Assembly (NCBI GenBank): GCA_039588275.1
Contig: JBDHAC010000026.1
Span: 1-47,095 of the forward strand
Reading direction: 5' to 3'
DNA: 47,095 bases
Origin: Gemmatimonadota bacterium
Lineage (GTDB): Bacteria > Gemmatimonadota > Gemmatimonadetes > Palauibacterales > Palauibacteraceae
In this document: piece by piece, positions 9,302 to 19,399 of the stretch
Layout of the letters: each line of letters opens with the position of its first letter
Numbering within the stretch: the first letter of the stretch is position 1
Position numbers and translations under genes: made by a program
Notes under the pieces: generated by a model
Seen by the model: only the letters and a program-made list of their open reading frames with translations
Databases searched by the model: none
What the model was told of the DNA's origin: nothing

Positions 9302-9361
9302 TCGGTACCGCCATGCCCGGTCGGTACCGCAGATGTCCGGTCGCTACCGCAGATGCCCCGG
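9302..9361. repeat. Three imperfect ~20-bp tandem direct repeats upstream of the 9246 gene
   Basis: TCGGTACCGCCATGCCCGG / TCGGTACCGCAGATGTCCGG / TCGCTACCGCAGATGCCCCGG. Confidence 0.7.
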
Positions 9362-9437
9362 TGGGATCTCGGCTACGGTCCAGGATCCAACCTTTGGGTC
9401 TTGAAGCCCGTTGCCGGTCCGACAGAGAGTCTTGATG

Positions 9438-9474
9438 AAGAAAACGCGCCCGCAGCCCGGGCCGGGCTGCGGGC
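9438..9474 (-). terminator. Probable intrinsic terminator downstream of ppgK-yjbQ
   Basis: Inverted repeat GCCCGCAGCCCGG-g-CCGGGCTGCGGGC (9448-9474), followed on the minus strand by GCGTTTTCTT. Confidence 0.6.
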
Positions 9475-9585
9475 AACCGACCACGGGCTCAGGATTGGCC
9501 GGATAGGCCGGGTCCGCAAGAGGCCGTTACGGCCTGGGCACGGTGCACGACGTCAACCTGCGGCACTTCGGCGTGCGCTGGCAGG

Positions 9586-9993
9586 CTATTCGCCGACATG
9601 AACGGCGCACAGCCGGTTCGACCCCCGCCGCCGGTGCTCCCACAGGTAGATTCCTTGCCAGGTCCCGAGCGCCAGGCGTCCGCCAACGACCGGAATCGAG
9701 AGCGTCGTCGAGGTGAGCGCGGCCTTGATGTGGGATGGCATGTCGTCCGGTCCCTCGTGCGTGTGCGTGAAGTGGGGGTCGCCTTCGGGGACGAGACGGT
9801 CGAGCCATCCCTCCAGGTCCCGGCGGGCCGAAGGATCGGCGTTCTCCTGGATCGTGAGGCTGGCCGACGTGTGCCGGATCATGACGGTGCACAGGCCTTC
9901 GTCGACTCCTGCCTCGCTCACGACCGCATGCACGCGGTCCGTGAACTCGACGAGCCCCTTTCCCGGCGTCCGGATCTCTATCTGAGCGACCAT
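9586..9993 (-). CDS. yjbQ: YjbQ / UPF0047 family protein (secondary thiamine-phosphate synthase)
   Basis: HTSASLTIQENADP, HTHEGPDDMPSHIK and LGTWQGIYLWEHR. Confidence 0.92.
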   Translation of the reverse strand: MVAQIEIRTPGKGLVEFTDRVHAVVSEAGVDEGLCTVMIRHTSASLTIQENADPSARRDLEGWLDRLVPEGDPHFTHTHEGPDDMPSHIKAALTSTTLSIPVVGGRLALGTWQGIYLWEHRRRGSNRLCAVHVGE

Positions 9994-9994
9994 C

Positions 9995-10681
9995 CTAACG
10001 CTCCTCCCACATGCGAAAGCCGCCGACGAACGCGTTCGCGTTATCGCCCAATTGCACGTCTCTTGGCAGGCGCTTGAGGCGCCTAGCGTTGCCTCCGCCC
10101 ACTACCACGTAGTCGACCTGGAGACCAGCGGCCAGGCGCTTGATCACGTCCAGCACCGACTTCCGCCACTTCCTCTCGCCGCGCCTCTCGAGACCCCTAA
10201 CGCCCACGTAATCCTCGAACGTCCCACGCTTCTTGTAGGGCAGATGGGCCAGCTCCAGGGGCTTCACGTCCCAGTCCTCGACCATCGCCGACCCGAGGCC
10301 GGTCCCGAGCCCCAGAAACAGCATGCGCCCGTCGCCGGGGTAGCTGCCCAACGCCTGCATGGCGCCGTCGTTCATGACGCGAACGGGCGCCCCGAATGCG
10401 GTCTCGAAGTCGTAGTCGACCCACCCCTCGCCCAGGTTCAGTGGATCCTCGGCCGGGCGGCCGTCTCGGACGGGTCCCGGGTACCCGATCGAGACTACGT
10501 CGTACTCCCAGCCGGATGCTTTCTCCATGACCGAACGGACCATCTGATCAGGCCTCATCCCCGGTCCCGACTGAATCTTCCGGCGCTCGGTTTGACCGGT
10601 GGCCAGGATCTTCACGTTGTTGCCGCCGATGTCCACGACCAGGACCTTGCGGCTGGAGTCTCGGGTTCTGTCGTTCGTCAC
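9995..10681 (-). CDS. ppgK: ROK family sugar kinase, polyphosphate glucokinase-like
   Basis: VDIGGNNVK, SIGYPGPV, NDGAMQALGSY, LGLGTGLGSA, ELAHLPY and VVGGGNA. Confidence 0.75.
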   Translation of the reverse strand: MTNDRTRDSSRKVLVVDIGGNNVKILATGQTERRKIQSGPGMRPDQMVRSVMEKASGWEYDVVSIGYPGPVRDGRPAEDPLNLGEGWVDYDFETAFGAPVRVMNDGAMQALGSYPGDGRMLFLGLGTGLGSAMVEDWDVKPLELAHLPYKKRGTFEDYVGVRGLERRGERKWRKSVLDVIKRLAAGLQVDYVVVGGGNARRLKRLPRDVQLGDNANAFVGGFRMWEER

Positions 10682-10698
10682 GTGGTCGTCTCTCTTCC

Positions 10699-10991
10699 TG
10701 AAGCGTTACCGGGCGAGGAACGGTAGTGGCCGACACCGCCATTGTCTTACCTATCGGCGGGCTGGGGCGGGTCCGTTTGGACGCCTGTGTCCGGAGTGCA
10801 CCCCGTTACTGTACTCCCCAGAGGGCCGCGCGGAGTCCGGTGCAGACCACCCGAGAGAAACTCGACGCGCTGGTCGGGTTTTTCCGATGTGGCCTGGACT
10901 CCGAGAGAGACCTTGCGACTCCGGGGCGGGGGCTCATAATCTTTGAGGACCGCTAGGTCCACATTCTCGACGTTTCGCGGAAACCGATTCG
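10699..10991. promoter_or_regulatory. Two LacI-family-like operator candidates in the ppgK/susC divergent region
   Basis: TGAAGCGTTACC (10699-10710) and GAAACCGATTCG (10980-10991) resemble the GNAANCGNTTNC LacI core. No LacI gene is in the window. Confidence 0.3.
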
Positions 10992-11163
10992 TTACGGGAC
11001 GTGATGATCTCTTCATACGACCTGGTCGGGTCCGGGCCCGGCTTGCTCTCGTACACGGCGCGGTCTGCGGGTTTGCCCCGCGACGGTAGCCTCGTGCGCA
11101 CGCAGAGCTATGTCAGCGGTCCGCTTGGTGCGACTCTCCGCTTGCCCCATCCTGGAGGTACCC

Positions 11164-14100
11164 ATGTCGATGACTCGTAAGGCCACTTCAGCGCTCATCG
11201 TCAGCCTGTTCTGGGCCGGCCCGCTGGTCGCCCAGGATCAGACAGGCGATATCTCGGGTCGCGTGACCGACGCGATGACCCTGCAGCCGATCGCGAACGC
11301 CAACGTCTTCGTCGAAGGCCTGCTGATCGGGGCCGTCACGGGACCCCAGGGAACGTTCGTCATAGACGACGTCCCCGTGGGGCCCCATCAGGTGAGGGCG
11401 AGTCTGATCGGCTACGCTCCCCTGACGCAAGAGGTCACGGTCACCGCCGGTGAAACCGTCACCCTCGACTTCTCGCTGCAGATTCAGGCGGTGGTGATGG
11501 AAGAGATCGTCACCACCGGCTACGGAACGCAGCGCCGCCTGGCCATCACCGGGTCGGTCGCGACCGTCGACGCGGCCGAAGCAGAGGTGGGGGTGACCTC
11601 GAACGTTAACGACATGCTCCAGGGTCGTGTCGCCGGGCTGCTGGTGACCCGGAACACGGGCGAGCCCGGGTCCGGCCAGCAAATCCGGATCCGCGGCGGG
11701 ACGTCGCTCAGCGCCAGCAACACGCCGCTCTACGTGATCGACGGCGTCCCGGTCCACAACGTCCAGACCGAGCCGGGCGGCGTCGGGATCGGAGGTGACG
11801 AGTCGCTGCCCCGCAGCGCGTTGAACCTTATCAACCCTTCGGACATCGAGACGATCACCATCCTCAAAGACGCCGCGGCCGCCGCGATCTATGGCTCCCG
11901 GGGCGCGAACGGCGTCATCCTGATCGAGACGAAGCAGGGCGCGGTGGGCACCGTCAGCTTTGAATACGACGGCTACGCCGCAATCTCCTCCCCTGCGAGC
12001 CAGCTGGATGTTTTGAACGGAAACGAGTATCGCGCTTTCATCCAGGAACAGGTCAACAACGGGATTCTTCCGGCGACCCGCCTCGACGGGCTCGGCAACG
12101 CCAGCACGGACTGGGAGGACGAGGCCACGCGGACGGCCGTGACGCAGAACCACAACCTCACCTTCAGCGGCGGGACTCAGGCCACACGCTTCCGCGCCTC
12201 GATCAACTACATGGACCAGAACGGAATCGTACGGAACAACGGCTTCGAGCGATTCCAGGGTCGCCTGAACGGGACGCACAGCGCCATCGACGACCGTCTC
12301 CGTCTGGACCTGAGGCTGACGAGCTCGCGCGTCGAGAACAACTATCTGCCGTTCCAGAACACCGGCGGATTCGAGGGCGCCGTGTTCAACAACATGATCG
12401 CCTACAACCCGACGCGACCGGTCAGGGTGACGGATCCGGAGACGGGCGCGACGACTTTCTTCGAGCTCGGGACCGGTGTGCAGTCGTCGCGCAACCCGGT
12501 GGCGATTGCCGAGCAGATCGAGGACTTCGCGAGCACGACGCGAACGCTGGGCAGCCTGACGACGCAGTTCGATGTGCTGTCCAACCTCACGGCGCAGCTG
12601 ACCCTCGGCGTGGATGCGTCGTCTAGCGTCCGGCGCATGTACTTCCCCGCTTCGAACCCGGTCGGAGCCGAGTGGAACGGGCGTGCGCTCCAGCGAAGTC
12701 GAGATAGGACCGACCTCACGATCCAGACCCTTCTGACCTACAACGAGACCTTCGGCCTGGACCACAGCGTCGAGGTGGTGGGAGGATTCGAGGGTGCCGA
12801 TTATCAGGTCAGAAGGTTCGAGGCGGAAGCCCGCGACTTCCTGACCGATGCCTTCAGCTTCAGCAACCTCACGGCTGGCGGCGAGCGGCCCATCGTCGGA
12901 TCGTTTCAGGAAGACATCAGGTTCATGTCCGGCTTCGGCCGTGCGAACTACAGCTACAAGGACCGCTACTTCCTGACCGGCGTGATCCGCATCGACGGGG
13001 CATCCCAGTTCGGGGAGGGCAACAAGTGGTCGACGTTCCCGGCGATTTCCGCGTCTTGGCGTATCAGCGAAGAGGAGTTCATGGCCGACGGGCTGTTCTC
13101 GGAGCTACGCCTCCGCGGCGGCTGGGGCAAGCAGGGCCAGCCCGCCGTTCCTCCCTATTCGTCGCTGATCACGCTCGAGGCGAGTGACGGCGCCAGCGCC
13201 GTGTTCGGCGAGGAGTCGTTCGTCGGCGTGGCCGCGACGCGAAACCCGAATCCGGACCTCAAGTGGGAGGAAACCGAACAGTTCAACATAGCGGTCGACT
13301 GGGGGATCGCGGACAACCGGATCGCGGGCACCCTCGAGGTCTACCAAAAGGACACCGAGGATCTGCTCCTCGAGGTCGACGTGCCGCAACCGGCGTCGGT
13401 GTCGACCCGGCTCGAGAACATCGGCAAGATTCGCAATCGCGGTTTCGAGGCTTCGCTGGACGCCCAGCTGATGAACCGTCCGAACCTGAGCTGGTCTGCC
13501 GGATTCGTATTCGACCTGAACCGCAACGAGGTCGTGGATCTGGGCGGCCGCACGTTCATCTCGAACGGTGGTGTGAGCGGTCAGGGTCAGAGCGGACAGA
13601 TCGCCCAGCGACTGATACCCGGTCAACCGGTGGGTACGTTCTGGGGGCCGCAGTTCGTGGGCGTCGATGAACAGGGCCGGCAGCTGTTCAATCAGTACGA
13701 CGTCACGCGAGACGAGGACGGGAACGAGATCAGCCGCACGCTCGTCGGGCAGACGATCCAGCCGACCGGCGATGATTTCGTGGTGATCGGAGATGCCAAT
13801 CCGGACTTCTCGTTCGGTCTCAACAGCCAGCTGAACTGGGGCAAGTTCGACGCAAGCCTCCTCTTCCTTGGACAGATCGGGCAGGATGTGTTCAACAACA
13901 CGGCGCTTGTCTACAGTACGAAGAGCCAGGCGTTGCAGGACCAGAACTTCATAAAGGACGCGATCAATGACCCGATCGGGATCCTGGAGCCGGCCATCTT
14001 CTCCGATCGCTGGATCGAAGATGGTTCTTTCGTCCGGCTCCAGAACCTCACCATCGGGTACACGGTCCAGATGCCCGCGTTTGCCGCGGGCCGGCAGGCG

Positions 14101-14286
14101 CGGCTGTATGCTTCGGCAGACAACCTGCTCTTGCTCACGGGCTACGATGGCTTGGATCCGGAAGTCTTCTCGGAGTCCAATGCAGGCCGTGGCGCGGGTG
14201 GTCTCGGCGGCGTCGCGTACGGGATCGATTGGTTCACGTATCCGCGCGCGCGCACATTCACGTTTGGCGTACGGTTCGAGTTCTGA
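11164..14286 (+). CDS. susC: SusC/RagA family TonB-dependent outer-membrane transporter
   Basis: GGAGG RBS before ATG 11164, signal peptide and carboxypeptidase-regulatory-like N domain. Motifs EEIVTTGYG, plug INPSDIETITILKDAAAAAIYGSRGANGVILIETKQG, NPDLKWEET, IEDGSFVRLQN and YPRART, with a terminal Phe. Confidence 0.95.
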   Translation: MSMTRKATSALIVSLFWAGPLVAQDQTGDISGRVTDAMTLQPIANANVFVEGLLIGAVTGPQGTFVIDDVPVGPHQVRASLIGYAPLTQEVTVTAGETVTLDFSLQIQAVVMEEIVTTGYGTQRRLAITGSVATVDAAEAEVGVTSNVNDMLQGRVAGLLVTRNTGEPGSGQQIRIRGGTSLSASNTPLYVIDGVPVHNVQTEPGGVGIGGDESLPRSALNLINPSDIETITILKDAAAAAIYGSRGANGVILIETKQGAVGTVSFEYDGYAAISSPASQLDVLNGNEYRAFIQEQVNNGILPATRLDGLGNASTDWEDEATRTAVTQNHNLTFSGGTQATRFRASINYMDQNGIVRNNGFERFQGRLNGTHSAIDDRLRLDLRLTSSRVENNYLPFQNTGGFEGAVFNNMIAYNPTRPVRVTDPETGATTFFELGTGVQSSRNPVAIAEQIEDFASTTRTLGSLTTQFDVLSNLTAQLTLGVDASSSVRRMYFPASNPVGAEWNGRALQRSRDRTDLTIQTLLTYNETFGLDHSVEVVGGFEGADYQVRRFEAEARDFLTDAFSFSNLTAGGERPIVGSFQEDIRFMSGFGRANYSYKDRYFLTGVIRIDGASQFGEGNKWSTFPAISASWRISEEEFMADGLFSELRLRGGWGKQGQPAVPPYSSLITLEASDGASAVFGEESFVGVAATRNPNPDLKWEETEQFNIAVDWGIADNRIAGTLEVYQKDTEDLLLEVDVPQPASVSTRLENIGKIRNRGFEASLDAQLMNRPNLSWSAGFVFDLNRNEVVDLGGRTFISNGGVSGQGQSGQIAQRLIPGQPVGTFWGPQFVGVDEQGRQLFNQYDVTRDEDGNEISRTLVGQTIQPTGDDFVVIGDANPDFSFGLNSQLNWGKFDASLLFLGQIGQDVFNNTALVYSTKSQALQDQNFIKDAINDPIGILEPAIFSDRWIEDGSFVRLQNLTIGYTVQMPAFAAGRQARLYASADNLLLLTGYDGLDPEVFSESNAGRGAGGLGGVAYGIDWFTYPRARTFTFGVRFEF

Positions 14287-14310
14287 TTAGGGGTCCCATC
14301 GGATCCATAC

Positions 14311-14341
14311 GGCGCGCGCGGCGCACGAAGTCGCGCGCGCC
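14311..14341 (+). other. GC-rich intercistronic hairpin between susC and susD
   Basis: GGCGCGCGCG (14311-14320) pairs with CGCGCGCGCC (14332-14341). Confidence 0.45.
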
Positions 14342-14366
14342 CCACGAAAACGAGTGGGAGGATCAC

Positions 14367-15926
14367 ATGAAGAAGCCAGGTTCACGATTCTCGGTTCGAA
14401 TCGGAGGACGGGGGCCCCTGACGCCGCTGCTTCTCCTCGGGGTCTTGGCCGTGTCCCAGGGCTGCTCCCTGGATGAGGACCCGGTCAGCGCCATCACGCC
14501 CGACAATTTCTTCCAGAACGAACAAGAGGTGATGGGCGGGCTGGCGTCGGTCTACGGCGCGTTGCGCGTCTTGCACTGGACTTACTACAACCTGAGCGAG
14601 GTCAGCTCGGACGAGATCGTCGTTCCCACGCGCGGGAGTGACTGGTTCGACAACGGCCGCTGGCTCGAGATCCACCAGCAGTCCTGGGCCGCGAACAGTC
14701 CGTCCGGCCTCGACGACATCAACCGCGGGTGGAACGAGCCCTTCGCCGGAATCGCGAGAGCCAACGTCGTGTTGGAGGCGTTGGAGAACGTGACTCTAGC
14801 GGATAAGGAGCTGTTCGTTGCAGAGCTGAGAACCATGCGGGCATTCTACTACTACATGCTCATGGACTTGTTCGGGGGCGCCCCGCTCGCGACGACCCCC
14901 GAGGTCCTCGCCAGGCCCCGCACGACCCGGGCCGAGCTGTTCAACTTCATCGAGTCGGAGCTCACGGCCGCTCGGGCCGATTTGCCCCTCAGCTGGCCGG
15001 CAAACATGCACGGGCGCATGACGCAGGGGGCCGCCGACGCGATCCTGGCGAGCATGTACCTCAACGCCGAGGTGTTCACGGGCACCGTCTCGCAGAGCGG
15101 GCTGGCCCGCGGACAGGCGCGGTGGCAGGACGCCATCACCGCCGCCGACCGGGTGATCAACTCGGGCGTGTACAGCCTCGCGACGGACTGGAAGCTGAAC
15201 TTCGCGCCCGACAACCACCTTTCCCCCGAGCTCATCGTCGTCGCGAAGTATCTCAACCAGTCCGGGCTCGGTAGCGACTTTCCGTTCCGGGCCCTGCACT
15301 ACAATCAGCTGAACCCGACTCCCTGGAACGGGTTCTCGACCCTGGCGTCGGTCTTCAACCAGTTCGATCCGGACGACTTGCGGACGAGTGTCTTCCTGGT
15401 GGGCCCGCAGGTGAACCTCGACACCGGGGAGCCGACCACGGACCGTCAGGGGAATCCGTTGATCTTCACCCCGGTGATCCAGGACGTCTTCCAGGCGACG
15501 GAGGCCGAGGGGGTTCGCATCCTGAAGTGGCCGCCGGACCCGAACAGGTCCTCTTCGAACAACAGCAACGACGTGGGCTATTTCCGCCTCGCCGAGATGT
15601 ATCTGATCAAGGCGGAGGCCCTGAACGAGCTCGGGAATACGAGCGCGGCGATCGACATTCTCAACATGCTGCGCGAACGTGTGTTCGATCCGGACAAGCC
15701 GATCACCGGTTCGTTCGACCAGGCGACGGCCCGCGATCGGATCCTCCAGGAACGGCTCTTCGAGCTCGTGTCGGAGTCGAAGCGACGAGTGGACCTGATC
15801 CGGCACGGTAAGTTCACCGATCCGTGGGAGTTCAAGCCCCAGACCGAGCCGTTCCGGATCCTCTTCCCGATTCCGCAACGGCAGCTGGACACGAACCCGG
15901 AGCTGGTGCAGAATCCTGGCTACTGA
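14367..15926 (+). CDS. susD: SusD/RagB family nutrient-binding outer-membrane lipoprotein
   Basis: GGGAGG RBS and lipobox SQGC. Motifs ELRTMRAFYYYMLMDLFG, FRLAEMYLIKAEA, ILQERLFEL..E.KRRVDLIR, and FPIP..QLDTNPELVQNPGY. Confidence 0.95.
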   Translation: MKKPGSRFSVRIGGRGPLTPLLLLGVLAVSQGCSLDEDPVSAITPDNFFQNEQEVMGGLASVYGALRVLHWTYYNLSEVSSDEIVVPTRGSDWFDNGRWLEIHQQSWAANSPSGLDDINRGWNEPFAGIARANVVLEALENVTLADKELFVAELRTMRAFYYYMLMDLFGGAPLATTPEVLARPRTTRAELFNFIESELTAARADLPLSWPANMHGRMTQGAADAILASMYLNAEVFTGTVSQSGLARGQARWQDAITAADRVINSGVYSLATDWKLNFAPDNHLSPELIVVAKYLNQSGLGSDFPFRALHYNQLNPTPWNGFSTLASVFNQFDPDDLRTSVFLVGPQVNLDTGEPTTDRQGNPLIFTPVIQDVFQATEAEGVRILKWPPDPNRSSSNNSNDVGYFRLAEMYLIKAEALNELGNTSAAIDILNMLRERVFDPDKPITGSFDQATARDRILQERLFELVSESKRRVDLIRHGKFTDPWEFKPQTEPFRILFPIPQRQLDTNPELVQNPGY

Positions 15927-15963
15927 TCCGGTCCGAGGTTCTCGCTGCCTGTAACGTCATGAC

Positions 15964-15997
15964 GTCATCGCCTGCCCCCACGGGGGCAGGCGATGAC
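15964..15997 (+). terminator. Long hairpin after susD (attenuator or mRNA-stabilising stem)
   Basis: GTCATCGCCTGCCCCC-ac-GGGGGCAGGCGATGAC, a 16-bp perfect inverted repeat with no U-tract, ending 8 nt before the next ATG. Confidence 0.6.
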
Positions 15998-16005
15998 ACC
16001 CTGAA

Positions 16006-19000
16006 ATGAGCGACCCGCCCACGCGCCTTCGCCTCCGTCGAACCGTTGCAGCGTTCTGGCTCGTCGTCGGTTGTTCCTGTGGAGATCGGTCTCCGGGGCA
16101 GAGCGAGCTACCCCCTGTCGGCGACCAGATGTTCAGCAAGCTCCCCTCGGCGTACACGGGCGTTCGTTTCGAAAACCGCGTCGTCGATGCGCCCGACTTC
16201 AACGTCTTCACGTATCGTAACTTCTACAACGGCGGCGGCGTGGCGCTGGGGGACCTCACGGGCGACGGTCTGCCCGAGCTTTTCTTCACCGCGAACCTTG
16301 AGGAGAACCGACTCTACCTGAACGAGGGCGGGTTCCGCTTCAGGGACGTGACCGGAGATGCAGGGATCGCCGGAAGGGGAACATGGACCACCGGCGTCAC
16401 CTTCGTCGACGTCGACGGCGATGGACGGCTCGACATCTACGTCGGATACGCCGGGGACGTGGACGGCGAGCGTCGGGCGAACGAGCTCTACATACACCAG
16501 GGCCTCGATGCCGGGGGCGTCCCCGTGTTTGCCGAATCGGCCGCCGCGTACGGCATCGCGGACCAGGGGTATACGACCCACGCGGCCTTCTTCGACTACG
16601 ACCGCGATGGCGACCTGGATCTGTATCTGGTCAACAACGCCTTTCGCCCTTCCAACAGCATGGGGATTCAGAACACCCGGGACGTCCGTGACCCCCTGGG
16701 GGGCGACAAGCTCTATCGCAACGATGGCGGACGTTTTCTGGACGTTAGCGAGGCGGCCGGCATCTTCGGGAGCGAGATCGGCTTCGGGCTGGGTGTCGCG
16801 ATCAGCGACCTGAATCGCGACGGCTGGCCGGACATCTACGTCTCGAACGACTTCTTCGAACAGGACTACCTGTACATCAACAACGGAGACGGGACGTTCA
16901 CCGAGTCGGTCGAGCGGCAGATGCCGTACATCAGCTATTCGTCGATGGGTCTCGACATCGGCGACATCGACAACGACGGATGGCCGGATGTCTACGTGCT
17001 GGACATGCTCCCGGAGGACGAATACCGGTTCAAGACGACCGCGGGTTTCGAGAGCTGGGACCTGTATCAGAGCCGCCTGCGAGTCGACTTCCACCACCAG
17101 TTCACCCGTAACATGCTTCACCTGAACGGACGGACGGGCGCCTTCAGCGAGATCGGCTTGCTGGCGGGCGTGGCCAGAACGGACTGGAGCTGGAGTGCTC
17201 TGATCGCGGACTTCGATCTGGATGGCCACAAGGACATCCATGTGTCGAACGGATACCTGCGAGATGTGACCTCTCAGGACTACATGTCCTTCCTCGGGAA
17301 CCCCCGAACGCTGCGGGCGGCCCGCGAGGGCGATCGGGTGGATTGGCTGGGACTCGTGGAAGCGATGAGCTCCACGCCGCTGCCCAACTACGCGTTCCGC
17401 AATCGCGGCGATCTGACGTTCTCGAACGAGGGCGAGGCGTGGGGACTCGATACGCCGGGTTTTTCGAGCGGCGCGGCGTACGGCGACCTGGACGGTGACG
17501 GAGCGCCGGACCTGGTCGTGAGCAACGTCAATCAGGAAGCCTCCGTCTACCGGAACAACGCGCGGGCGCTGCTGGACAACCGCTACCTGCAGATCCGGCT
17601 CGAAGGCGAAGGCGAGAACCACTACGGTGTCGGTGCGAGGGTCACGCTTCGAAGCGGTGAGCGACTCTTCTTTCAGGAGCTCATGCCATCCCGCGGATTC
17701 CAGTCGAGCGTCGATTACACGCTGACGTTCGGCGTCGGCCAGCTCGATACGATCCAATCGGTGACGGTAGAGTGGCCCGATGGGCGGGAAAGCGTCGAGC
17801 GCGACGTCCCGACCAACACTGTCCTCACGGTCCGAAAGTCGGCCGCCGCGCGCCGCGCGCCCCGCGTGCCGGCTGACAGCGCGGGCCGGCCAACGCTCTT
17901 CGCCGATGTCACGGGCCAGATCGAGCTCGAGTTCGTCCACCGCGAGAACACCTTTGTCGATTTCCATCGCGAACCGCTGATGCCGAAGCTGCTTTCGACC
18001 GAGGGACCGCTGATGGCGGTAGCGGACGTGAACCGTGACGGACTCGACGATGTGTTCATCGGGGGGGCGAAGGAGCAGCCGGGCAGCCTGCTGGTGCAGC
18101 GATCCGATGGAGCATTCATGGCGAGCAGCCAGGCCGTCTTCGAGCGGGACCGAATCTCCGAAGATCTGGGAGCAGTCTTCTTCGACGCGGACGGCGACAG
18201 CGACCCCGACCTGTACGTGGCCAGCGGCGGCAGCGAGTTCTCCGATCGGGTCCCGGCCCTCCAGGACCGGCTGTACCTGAACGATGGCCGCGGTCGATTC
18301 CGGAAAGCCGACGGAAACCTGCCCGCCCTGAAGGTGAGCGGCTCCAGGGTGGCGACGTACGACTTCGATGCGGATGGCGACGTCGATGTCTTCGTCGGCG
18401 GGCGTGTCGTTCCATGGCGCTACGGAATCGATCCCGCGAGCGTACTACTGGTGAACGACGGTCGGGGTCGGTTCACCGATGTCACGCAACAGGCTGCGCC
18501 CGACCTGACGAACGTCGGCATGGTCACCGACGCCATCTGGGAAGATGTTGACGGAGACGAGCGGGCGGACCTCGTCGTCGTCGGCGAATGGATGCCGATC
18601 ACGGTGTTTCACAACATGGGTGACGGCCGGCTCGAGCGCGCGGAGGCGCCGGGTCTCGAGAAGAGTAACGGGTGGTGGAACCGAATCGTGGCCGGGGACT
18701 TCACCGGCGATGGCCGCACCGATTTCGTGGTCGGGAACCTCGGGCTGAACACACGGCTCCGCGCGACCGAACGCGAGCCGCTCACCATGTACGTGAAGGA
18801 TTTCGACAGGAACGGAACCCTCGAGCACATCCTGTCGCAGTACAACGACGGCGTGAGCTACCCGCTCGCTTTACGTGACGACCTCATCGGTGCGCTTCCG
18901 TTTCTCAGGGATAGATACCCCGACTACGAGGGATACGCGTTCGAGACCGTCACCGACATCTTTTCGCCGACGGAGCTGGCTGACGCGGTGGCGAAGGAGA

Positions 19001-19383
19001 CGCACACGTTCGCGACGGCGCTGGTGAGGAACGACGGCGATGGCTCGTTCACGCTCCTGCCCTTGCCGCTGGATGCGCAGATCGCGCCTGTCTATGGAAT
19101 CCTACCGGCGGACATCGACGAGGATGGTCGGTTGGACTTGTTGCTGGCCGGGAACTTCGACGGCGTCAAGCCGGAGCTCGGCCGTATGCGTGCGAGCCAC
19201 GGTCTGGTGCTGCGGGGCGACGGGACCGGTAGCTTCGAGTCCGTTCACGTGGTCGATAGCGGCTTCAACGTCCCCGGCCAGGCACGGGACATCCGGCGCA
19301 TCCGAACCGCGCGCGGCGAACTCTACCTCGTGACGCGCAACAACGACCGGCCGCTCATCTTCGGCCCGACCGGGACACGCTAG
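16006..19383 (+). CDS. FG-GAP/VCBS-repeat protein with ASPIC/UnbV domain (CRTAC1-like), probable lipoprotein
   Basis: Many DxDxDG repeats, FYNGGGVALGD, DWSWSALIADFDLDG and RGFQSSVD..LTFGVG (ASPIC/UnbV). N-terminal hydrophobic stretch with Cys. Confidence 0.9.
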   Translation: MSDPPTRLRLRRTVAAFWLVVGCSCGDRSPGQSELPPVGDQMFSKLPSAYTGVRFENRVVDAPDFNVFTYRNFYNGGGVALGDLTGDGLPELFFTANLEENRLYLNEGGFRFRDVTGDAGIAGRGTWTTGVTFVDVDGDGRLDIYVGYAGDVDGERRANELYIHQGLDAGGVPVFAESAAAYGIADQGYTTHAAFFDYDRDGDLDLYLVNNAFRPSNSMGIQNTRDVRDPLGGDKLYRNDGGRFLDVSEAAGIFGSEIGFGLGVAISDLNRDGWPDIYVSNDFFEQDYLYINNGDGTFTESVERQMPYISYSSMGLDIGDIDNDGWPDVYVLDMLPEDEYRFKTTAGFESWDLYQSRLRVDFHHQFTRNMLHLNGRTGAFSEIGLLAGVARTDWSWSALIADFDLDGHKDIHVSNGYLRDVTSQDYMSFLGNPRTLRAAREGDRVDWLGLVEAMSSTPLPNYAFRNRGDLTFSNEGEAWGLDTPGFSSGAAYGDLDGDGAPDLVVSNVNQEASVYRNNARALLDNRYLQIRLEGEGENHYGVGARVTLRSGERLFFQELMPSRGFQSSVDYTLTFGVGQLDTIQSVTVEWPDGRESVERDVPTNTVLTVRKSAAARRAPRVPADSAGRPTLFADVTGQIELEFVHRENTFVDFHREPLMPKLLSTEGPLMAVADVNRDGLDDVFIGGAKEQPGSLLVQRSDGAFMASSQAVFERDRISEDLGAVFFDADGDSDPDLYVASGGSEFSDRVPALQDRLYLNDGRGRFRKADGNLPALKVSGSRVATYDFDADGDVDVFVGGRVVPWRYGIDPASVLLVNDGRGRFTDVTQQAAPDLTNVGMVTDAIWEDVDGDERADLVVVGEWMPITVFHNMGDGRLERAEAPGLEKSNGWWNRIVAGDFTGDGRTDFVVGNLGLNTRLRATEREPLTMYVKDFDRNGTLEHILSQYNDGVSYPLALRDDLIGALPFLRDRYPDYEGYAFETVTDIFSPTELADAVAKETHTFATALVRNDGDGSFTLLPLPLDAQIAPVYGILPADIDEDGRLDLLLAGNFDGVKPELGRMRASHGLVLRGDGTGSFESVHVVDSGFNVPGQARDIRRIRTARGELYLVTRNNDRPLIFGPTGTR

Positions 19384-19399
19384 ACTGGAACGCAGCGAC

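Noticed and set aside
10726..11100. Short ORFs in the ppgK-susC gap
   Set aside because: They are 61-115 aa, overlap on both strands and have no motifs. The gap is better explained as a divergent regulatory region.
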